A stretch of DNA of 64,000 nt from Amoeboaphelidium protococcarum X5 (taxonomy: Eukaryota > Fungi > Aphelidiomycota): the NCBI GenBank assembly GCA_023515725.1, contig JALDTO010000098.1, positions 1,142,164 to 1,206,163 on the forward strand, in the 5' to 3' direction. The position numbers and the translations under genes were made by a program. How positions within the stretch are numbered: position 1 is the first letter of the stretch; each line of letters opens with the position of its first letter. The notes beneath the pieces are model-generated. The model saw only the letters and a list, made by a program, of their open reading frames with translations. It was not told where the DNA came from and did not search any database. Of this stretch, positions 11,711-21,345 are shown in pieces.

Positions 11711-13318
11711 TCAATTAGTGAATTTATAATCCAGATCGGACACGAGCAGGAACTAGGAAATCTTACTCAGCAAAGACTTGTTGCCTTCAACTAAACGAAA
11801 CCTCTTCACGGCATTAACAAAGATTTACTGCTTTACAACGCCTTGCTCCACTCCATTTATTAGTTCAGACGCAGTATTATACCCATGATTGGCCAGAGAC
11901 GCAGCTCTTTTTATGCCTATTCCAGACAGACTTTCGACAGGACAATTTTCAATCGATCTCATTTCTGGCTCAATTTTGCGCGCCTTAAAATCATCCATAC
12001 CTTTGCAGACTACGAACACCAGATTTATCTTCAAATCTTTTCTATCAGCATAACCTTCTTTAACCAGAAATTCAATCAAAGAGCCAGACTTTACATCGTG
12101 ATTATAATCAAGTGTGATCTAGAACAAATAAAGTTTATTAGGAGCAAGTTCCAACAACCCATCAAAAACAGGACAATTTTACGAATGGACGTGTTTGTAC
12201 TGATTCGCACCAAAGTCTAATGCCACAGATCCGCCAACAGCTGGAGAATCCTCAAGAGGCAGGAGTTCAAACTATCCTCCAGAGGTCAACTACTTTCTCA
12301 TATCAGATTCGAAAATCCAACCTAGAAGAGAGGATGCTCGCGGATCAGCTTTTAAAAGCGAGATGAACATAAACTTGTCGTGCTCAGATTAGTCAATTAT
12401 ACTTTTTTAAACTTCATCTGCCACATAAGCAGAACAGAACTGCAGCTTATACATCCTCAGGGTGGTAAACGCGCCAAATTCAGGTTTCATAAAGAGCATT
12501 CGATGGACGACTTCTTTCGAATTAGCGTTAAACACCACAAAGTCATTCAATTAGGAATAAGACTTGATACCTCGACATTCTGCTTGGAGTTCCTAGATAT
12601 AATCTTAAACCTAATCAGGATCCAATGTCAGGCAAATACGCGCAGTGCCACCAACTAACGAATATCTTCTCTCAACCTCCGCTTGGCTAATATCCAAATT
12701 CAATAACTCACGCGCCTCGAGCAACTCATCCAGAGACCAAAAAGGCATGTAGTAAATAGCAGGTGCACTTTTGATACTGGACTTGAGCCAGCTATAGTTC
12801 GGGCTAGTAAAGCAAATCATTTATGCATAATCAGGGAAGAAAGTAGGCGGCCCATCATACAGATGAATAGCATCCGGATAATCAGTGATGAGATCCCTTG
12901 CGTCAATTTTTTTCAACTCGCCATTTGCGCTTCTAGCATGCTGAATCTCCTGAGCCCCATCTCTCAATCCCTTATGTGGCGGATAAACGACGACTTTTAA
13001 CAAATTTCTACCCCCATCAAAAGCGGCTGTCACAATCTACTTGAAAGGATTGGATTCGCGATACTTTTAAAAGAAATGAGCATAAAATACAGACTTGCCA
13101 ATACCCGGAGTTCCGCTTACAGTAGTAATAAACTTTTTTTTGTCCAAGGTTAGGATGAGATATTCATAATACTCATCATAGCAGTTACGAATGTAATATT
13201 TAGAAACGGCAGCCTTGTTAGACTATGGCAACTAGAGCTGAGCAGGCGTCATGTCGAATACAGACTACGCCATTATATTATCATAGGTATCATTGAAGGC
13301 ACGCGAGTTAAAAGTCAT
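11711..13318 (-). CDS. Crinkler (CRN/RHS)-like effector-family protein: P-loop NTPase + REase-fold domain + C-terminal HhH
   Basis: YIRNCY, GTPGIGKS, LYDGPP, FTSPN, MPFWSLDEL, VGGTAR, GWIFE, NCPVFDG, LFQITLDYNHDV, SLSGIGIKRA; 535 aa open frame. Confidence 0.8.
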
Positions 13319-13534
13319 ATTCAAATTCTAATCTCCATATATAGTATTCAGTAAGTTAAGAGTGATAGTATTTCGTTTAACTCAGCCTTATTAAGAGATC
13401 TTTTGCGTATAAAAAGAGAAGAAGAAGAGTGAGTAAGCGTTTTTTGAGCGATGAATGAGCGATAGTGAGGACGACGCTTAAGAAGTTCCCCATTTTCGTC
13501 TTTTTCTTCTCTCTCTCTGTCTCCCTCTAGCCTT

Positions 13535-14110
13535 GACCCCAGAGAATAAAGCTCACCTTGTCGTGGTTCTGGGGCTCCTCTTAATTAATTTTAAGAGGTC
13601 TAAGAAGCTTTGGTCATCGTCATTATTCAGAATCACCTTGTAACGAGTGTAGGCATAATTACTTGGAAATTAAGCAGTAAGTAAACGACAGGCTGGTATA
13701 TACTCAATCTCTGAATTGACGTGACGGAATGACCTAAGAATACTCTAACTGAACTTGCAAGCTACTAGTCTTCTGTTGAGCCCGGCATTGGCTGCAATAA
13801 ATGTTTGACCCTCAAGTCTTATATGTCAGTTACAGTTGGCGTCCTCTGATGCATCGTACGTCGACGGTTAACTGACCCGCTCTCACACGCGATCATTGCC
13901 GATCTTAATGTGCAGGTGACTTGAGTTAATTTCTGCAATACAGTTACTAGTAATCAGAATCCCAAGCATCAGAATGATCCTGGTATGTAAAGAAATACAG
14001 CGCCGTGAGCTGTACACTTCCTGCATGACCGACACCATCGGACAGTGAGCTGTAGATTGATAGGCCTCAGTTGCACTCCCAGTTAGTCGTGGCAGGAAGC
14101 GTCTACAAAG
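13535..14110 (+). ncRNA. Candidate structured non-coding RNA A (unidentified)
   Basis: No long ORF even under table 6; about ten nested 5-8 bp helices with G-U pairs that work on the + strand; ANANNA and ACA boxes follow hairpins. Confidence 0.5.
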
Positions 14111-14220
14111 CCTATGTCTTATGAAAGCAATAAGTCTTGTGTATGAAAACTTCAAAGGTAATTGGTGGCTACAAAAGATTCTTGGAACGACGTTCAATCA
14201 AGCAGCGGAACTGAAGTGCT

Positions 14221-14735
14221 CCGATCGGAACTTGTATCTTCACCCCCTCGTATTAACTACCGCTCATGTCCATCTCTGTTATCGTAAACCCTTCTCCCAG
14301 TAGTTAAAAGCGAGACAAATTTGGAGAGAAATTTAGTGGTATACTCTTTTAGACCAATCACAATGAACTCTCCCTCGCCTAGTATCCGCCCACGGAACTC
14401 ATATAAGACTTTATCAAACTTTGCTAGGATCGCCAAAAGACGGCATTGTAATTCGGACGTGAACGCGTAGTCTAAGTACGTCACCATGTAAGACTTTTAA
14501 TCAATACTAAGGAGACAATTCTACACCGAAAACCCGAGACTAGACGGGTAGCATAGAAGCTCGCAATCTGTCAAGCTATTGGCACGCATAGCACCTTAGA
14601 CAAATTAAAAGTCCACATCACAACATTAGAACTGACAACGCGAATTTCTGAAGAATTATACCCAACTTTGCCGAACACGTAAGCTAAAATTTAGTAACGC
14701 TCCTCAATATCGTAGGAGTCACTGCCCGATCTGGA
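14221..14735 (-). ncRNA. Candidate structured non-coding RNA B (unidentified)
   Basis: Ends pair (GATCGGG/TCCGATC); 11-bp helix GGACTTTTAAT/ATTAAAAGTCT and several other stems whose wobble pairs are G-U only on the minus strand. Confidence 0.5.
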
Positions 14736-14960
14736 TATTACCTAGTCATCGTCTCGCAGTTGGTCGCGTCTTTATACGTCTCTAAGTACAGTACTCTCCA
14801 CCTACCTGTCCTACATCTGTCATCCGCCCATTGAAACTTGAGCGTTTGTGCATTGAATCGTTGTTACGAACTCTTGATAGAATCACCGTAAACTTGCATC
14901 AACACGTTGCTTCTTTATCATTTCAACGCAGTTCTTATTTAAAACTCGACAACTTTAGAT

Positions 14961-16513
14961 ATGATTAAACCCAAGCTTATATTTATGGGACTTTCCCGGT
15001 AAGAATTAGTAATTGTTAATTTACTTATACCTTTTATACTTGAATGACTGACTGACTGACTGTGTGTAGAAGTGGAAAGAGCTCAATTTAGAAAGTTGTG
15101 TTCCATAAAATGTCACCCAATGAGACACTATTTTTGGAATCAACCGCTACACTCACGCGTTCTATATAATAAGCATCACCTGTGCACTTGGATATTCAGA
15201 ATTTTGGTGGTATTAGTGGTGGTGCTGTGGATAGTATAATGTCTTGGTCTTGCTTTAAAGATTTTGAATTATGGGACTTTCCAGCGTCTATAGAAGCATT
15301 TGAATCCGTTCTAGAGGATAGAAGTTTGCAGATCTTTCATGGGCCGTTCATCTCCCTGGTGTTCGTCATTGATGCTCAAGATGATTACTTGGAAGCACTG
15401 GCTAGACTATTTATGATAATCACGAGTGTTAATTAGTCGAATAGCAGAGTATCTTTTGAGATATTTATTCATAAGGTGGACGCTTTATCGGAAGACCATA
15501 AACTGGAGACACAGCGAGATATTTAGTAGCGCCTTGTGGATGAATTGACAGATTCTGGTCTGGATTAGTTTATTCAGCTGAACTTTTATCTGACCAGTAT
15601 CTATGATCATTCAGTGTACGAGGCTATGAGTAAAGTGGCATAGAAATTATTACCCGAGTTTCCGGCTCTCGAGAATCTGCTCAATGTTCTATGTGCCAAT
15701 TCTGGAATTGAGAAGGCTTTCGTGTTTGATATAGTGTCCAAGTTGTATATTGCGACAGATAGTTCACCTGTAGATATGCAGACTTTTGAAATATGTTCTG
15801 ATATGATTGACGTGGTCTTTGATGTATCCTTTATCTACGGAAGTAAATCATAGTTTCCCCATACATATCAGTAAAGCATTTAAGGAACTAGTAATTCAGT
15901 GTTAGATCCAGTTGGTAGTAAAGCGTCTTCTGAAATTAAGTAAGATGTTGCTGATAATAGTGGGAACCAGCAATAGAGTTAATCCAGGGATGGTTCTATT
16001 TCTGACTAGAACAATAAAGACTTGCTGGCGCACAATACTCTTTAATCTGGGCAGTCTGCAATGAGCTAACAACTGGATAAAAGTTTTGATAATGCCGAAC
16101 AAGTCTCCTATCTGAATGGACATGGTAATGGTGCTGATATTCCATTCCCTAAGGACGCGTCATGTCAGGCCACTATGCAATTGGCTGGAATGACCTTACA
16201 TTTGCGATAACTCACTCAATCGCTAGTCTTGGTGGCTCTAATTAAGCACAATATGCTTGGTAGTTCCGCATCTGCATCTGCTGCTGTTGGCCACACAATG
16301 ATGTCTCCGCCAAGTGCATTTCCATAAAGGAATAGTGGCACTTTCACAAAGTAATAACTTTAATTGTAGCAGTAGTAATAGCAGTTTAGTTCTAATCCAT
16401 TGGCGAAATAGATACGATTGCTATAGAATGGAGTTAAGCGTGGCATGACAGAAGTTAATTTCCTACGCTTCAAAGACGCCGTATAGAAGATATATAATGA
16501 GTCTCATCTTTGA
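14961..16513 (+). CDS. GTR2: Rag GTPase RagC/D (Gtr2); intron 14999-15069
   Basis: [11 protein letters not shown]|[74 protein letters not shown]. Confidence 0.93.
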
Positions 16514-16692
16514 ACTATGCGTGACTATCACAGTGATTGTAGAGTAATTAGCATTCATATTCTGCAACTTGTTGTTCTAAGTAATTAAACCAATTTATAG
16601 CTATTGGTAGCAAAGTCCCTTGAAGATTTAAAATACCATATTTATTCTACATTCAAATTCATAATATATTGCAATTAGCCAATATCGTTAAC

Positions 16693-17246
16693 TCATTTAT
16701 CATTGTTGTTCTCACGCACAATAATCACGGGGAAATCACTATTGTGTAGAATGTAGTCACTGACACTGCCCAGTAAGGATCTCTTAATCAGACCAAGTCC
16801 ACGGCTACCCATAACAGTCGCCGCCGGCTTGAACTTGTCAATGTACTCCAGAATGACTTGTCGAGGATCTCCTCTGACAATCACAGCCTCACACTTCATC
16901 TTGTCGGCAATCAGTCGATTAGTGTACTGAGATACCAACTGCTTGGCAGACTCTTGCACCTTCTACTCATACTCATGGATAGCTTCTTAAGACCACTCTA
17001 CACAGTGTTATTAATATGAAAAATAAGCTGATACATGTTCTAAATTGATAATGATATTAACAACAACTTACCCTTCTTCTGTTGCATGTCACTGGTTGGA
17101 ATTGGCAGGTCCAGACTCTTGTAATCGCGCGAGGCATGCAAGAGCCAAATGTGATCATCTGGTCGTAAGAAATTCTCTGCACTCCATCTGAATGCATAAT
17201 TAGCAGAGCTACTTCCATCAATACAAATTAAAATATTTCTAGGCAT
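16693..17246 (-). CDS. Universal stress protein (UspA family), one intron
   Basis: MPRNILICIDGSSSANYAFRW...GDPRQVI...VMGSRGLGLIKRSLLGSVSDYILHN. Confidence 0.92.
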
Positions 17247-17725
17247 GTTTACTATACTAGCTTTATCACTTAAGTTTAATTTAAGAAGTATAGGAAGAAA
17301 AAAATTATAACAAAGACCAAGAGAAGAGGGAGAGACAGGCAAAGCGGCGCGCTGAGTCATAAACTGTCACAATTGGTGACGTTTGAACTTATTAAGCCTA
17401 AAGAGAAATTGTGCGCCTGATTGGTCCGCCATTCCAAGGTTTGGATCTAGGTAAATTATAGTCCAGTCATCGATTTATGAGGCCTCATTAGTACCTGTTA
17501 ATACTTTTTACTCTTTCCACTACTATCATTGAAAATGAACTCAATGTTAATTTTACGCCCATCACTAGCTGTGGCTATTGTTATTGCAACCAAATGTCAG
17601 CTTGATGCGATGAACCAGCTCATCGTAACGATGACAATGCAAACGATCACATTGTCGACTGATATATGTCGCGTCGAATCAACTCTAGTATCCACCACTC
17701 TTTAATACTTTCATTACCTAACACA

Positions 17726-20700
17726 ATGACAGTAAAAGGGGCGCATTTGTAGTTTAGGAAGCGGTAGCTGTTTACAAACTCACGACCAATCGATCTACGT
17801 CGGTTGTATGAGATTGCGACAACATCGATAGGCGAAGGACTGAAGATTCAGGTAGACTTTTATGGCACTTTTTTCAGGCAGTTGCGTCGCATATTTAAGC
17901 GAAGTAAGTCACCCATAGATGCATGTATCAATATGATAAAAGAAGCATTACCTCTCGATCAATAACTTTGCGCAGGTGAAAAAACTATCCCGTTGAAAGA
18001 TGTGTTGACTTTGGTGTTTGATGGTGCGCCGTCGCGTGAAAAAGTTAGAACATAGTTGAACAGAACCAAGTCTAGATTGAAACAGATTATGAAATTGCAT
18101 GAGAAGCTGAATGGTTTGCCAAAAGACTCTAGAGTAAGCAAGTCGAAATGGTCTCAAATAAGAAAGTTGGAGTTATCAACGTGGCTACTGCATGATTCCG
18201 AATCATCTTAAGCTGCGTCAAAAGTTAAGCGACGCTGGCTACCGTGTCGATCTCGCTGCTGGTGAGGCCGATGTCCACATTGCAAAGTCCTGCTAGCCCA
18301 TCGTTGCCATAAGTTTTGATTCTGATTTATTCATGCACAAGAATATAAAGGTTGCTGCTAAACCCACATTTAAATCAGGCTTGATGAAATTTTTTGTCAT
18401 GGAACGTAGTGCCGTGTGCTCAAAACTGAAGATCAGTAACGATAAGTGGGTTTCTCTGGCGATTGTATCTGGGAATGATTACTCCGATAATGTGTATGGC
18501 TTTGGTTTTGGGAAGAATCTGAATATTATCCGCTCTATCGACTTTGGTTATAATGTGAAGCAGATTGTCGCGTAGTATGCCAAGATTATGGATGCAGGAT
18601 CGCACTTTGACGTGGCTTTGCAAGTGTTTGATGATTGTTACGAGTCTTTCAATAGTCAGTCCCTTAATGAAGAAGGCCGTACTCATCAGTAAAGTTGTAC
18701 ACTCAATTGTGTGGTTCAATAAATTTGCAGTGCTGAAGTCATTGAGTGGAGTATGATCGAGAATCTAGAGAAGATAGCTGCATCTGCCGATTTGTCATTC
18801 GATGAGCGTAACTGCCTGATGCTTAACGCGTTAAAATCATTATATGGCAGATGGATAAAGTAGGTGGAATAGCTGAAAGATGATAAGACTCGGTTGTATT
18901 AAGAATGGAAGAAAGGTCGCCATCAAGTAGGCCATGACCGTGAGTCGGTTAAGTATTTGTAGTTGCCAAAAAAGTATTAGGGATATAATAGATTCTGTCC
19001 CCTGTTCGAGAAGAATGCTCCTGCTGAAGCTGGTAATATCTTCAGAAAGAGCCGATATCTAAATAAAGCCGTTGATGTGAATCGTCCTTCCAAGTCTGAG
19101 ATACCGCCTATATAGGCGACAAGAACGATAGAATAAGAGTCGGATCAGTAGAATGATGCTCATGGAAGCTCTGAAGATTTATTGCAGCCTGTTGCAAATA
19201 ATAGACACCGTAACAAGAGACGCCGTGACTCCGGTAAGTCTGATAAGGTGTAGCGCGGCAACTATCGTCAAAGTAGTGCCAAAACTCGCGATAAAGTGAC
19301 TGCAATGCCTTCTGGTAAGAAGAGAACCAACAGTTAGGAGACACAGCTTTTTCGGTCACTTAACCGACGTCATGCTATTTGCACTAAAGAAATTGGTCAT
19401 ATATAAAAGTCTTTGTCGAAAGGCCAAGCATCTGCTGCCTTGCAAATCTTATTGAAGTATTCCATTGATACTGTAATGAAAGAGATGAATCTCCTCAAAA
19501 GAATGGCTTAGTTGGGGGCGCGGTGGTTTATTGATACCATTTTAAAGAATTTTCCTGACTAGATTTAACTGTTAGACAGCATCTGCTATGCTGATACTCC
19601 TGGACAAGGTGGTCGTAAATTTTGGCAGGGTATATTACGGTTCTTGCGCAATGGTAAATCTACGCGCAGCCAGAAATGTGCTGCTGTGCTGAAGTTTGGA
19701 TAGTTAATTAAAGATTAGTTAACGATTCTAGACAAGCTTTAAGGTTAGTTCGACAGAAGGATTACCGTTTCGTAGATCATTGATTAATTGGCTATAGTTT
19801 TAGATTCTGAGTTTGCTTCCCAAGTTATTGGTCGTATGGCGCTCCTTGCTGCCAAAGTCTTGGAGTTTGATGAAAGCAAGCGCGATTAAATAACTGAGAT
19901 TGATATGCTGGATTCAATTTTCTAAAAGTATGAGGCATTAAATTTTCTACTACCAGGGGAAGAGCGATTTACATACCCTCTTTCGTCACTGTCAGAGTGT
20001 TATGTGACTTTTACTGAAAATTCGTTAATGCAGCTTATATAGAGTGTTATTACTAATTGCTGGGATGTCGCTAAGTAGCAGCTTATTTAGAACGGATTAT
20101 GTAATGTGTCTGCTTAAAGCTTACGCCTGGAATTAAATGAATGGTATCAAAATGGTAAACTAATGAAGCAGAAGGGAGAAACGTTGGCTGGCATTCTTGG
20201 CTTGAAGATGAATGGAGGTCTTCGATTGCTCAAAGACTATGATCCAATATCTACTAAAAGCAAGATTCTTGGCTGTACTTTCATCGCCAATGGTATAGTG
20301 TTGAAGGTTCATTGCATTAACACCAAGTAGTCAAAGCCAATCGAACGTGTTTAAAGTGGTTCTCGCTCTTTGCTGTAAGGCGCTGAAGCTACTAGAGTGA
20401 AGATCCAAAGGAAGTTTTCGAGTAGGATTCGCGTGCCAGCAATTGAGCTATCTGACTACTGGATATGCTGCATTGATATAGGGGAGAGGTATACAGTGGG
20501 CGCTGTGGCCGAGAAAGGAGCTGGCGAAAGTCGTCAATTGCGATCACTTGCGATTGAGTCTGCTGCGTTGAACGAGCCAAATAGAAGATTTGAAAAGTGG
20601 TTTGGCGAGAGATCTCTTACGGTTTAGAATGCCGAACGCTCTCTGGAACGTCTATAGGTCGAGTCACTATAGGATTATTGGGTTCGTTATATAGCAACAT

Positions 20701-21230
20701 ATAGTTAACTTAGAGAGTTTTACTGCAGTAGTCGATGGAAAAGAATTTCATGGGATTAAAAGAAAGCGTAAAGAGCGGAATATGACCGAGCTACAAATGT
20801 CATTTTAAAAATGGTGGATGGTAAAATTAACCAGGAGTGTTACGGCAAAGTTATATTTGGTCTTGGTGATGCGTAGTTTGAGAGCATGTAAACTACTCAT
20901 TAATCTTTTGAAAAGTACTTCGTAGCAAAGGTGAAGAGTCTAGGATATCCTGTCATCTATCTAAATGAATATCTCACCTCCTAAAGAGCTCCATGCTGCG
21001 GCCGAATGTGCGAAAGCTTCGGTTTGCGTGTAAAGTATTGTAGACAGTGTCATAAGTTTTTTCACCGTGATATCATGGCCGCTGAGAATTTGGTGAAAGA
21101 CGCAAAAGCTGTATTAGCAGGGCTTGAAAGACCCCCTTATCTGTGTAGCAAAGCTAGCGGCAACATCTAGAGGGAAGAAGGATCTATGCGGCTTGGCAAG
21201 CGCGCAATTCAGTTACAGACGATATCGTGA
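17726..21230 (+). mobile_element. FEN1/XPG-like 5' nuclease fused to a Fanzor1 (TnpB-like) RuvC/zinc-finger nuclease, ~1170 aa, one +1 frameshift near 18190-18215
   Basis: N-terminal: MTVKG, VDFYG, VFDGAPSREK, EADVHIA, SFDSDLF, SGNDYSDNVYGFGFGK. C-terminal: CIDIGE (D 20475), IFGLGDAQF, LNEYLTSQ (E 20967), PCC..C..CRQC, HRDIMAAEN (D 21069), RPPYL. Confidence 0.85.
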
Positions 21231-21345
21231 AGATTGAGTTCTTGTAAAACTTTTATTTCACACTTTAACAACTATTCACACGGCATATTAGAAATATTCT
21301 TCACGTCCATCAATAATACAAAGCATCATCAAATACACATTCAGT

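Noticed and set aside
14225-14480. Group I intron-like R/S elements (AGACTA, AAGATACAAGTTCC) on the minus strand
   Set aside because: Matches are partial, I could not build a consistent P3/P7 core, and no host exon is interrupted.
13535-14735. Firm assignment as telomerase RNA, RNase MRP, SRP, snR30 or a spliceosomal snRNA
   Set aside because: The diagnostic motifs (CCCTAA template, GAAAGTCCCC, helix-8 motif, ATATTCCTA/AAACCAT, ATACTTACCT, GTGTAGTA) were not found.
14266-14841. 191-codon + strand frame that is open under table 6
   Set aside because: No recognisable domain; long frames arise easily with a single stop codon; strand-specific G-U pairing favours a minus-strand RNA. Not fully excluded.
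17407-21209. Possible terminal inverted repeat around the Fanzor fusion (AATTGTGCGCCTG versus the reverse complement AATTGCGCGCTTG)
   Set aside because: Only 11/13 identity, the right copy lies inside the ORF, and I see no target-site duplication; likely chance.
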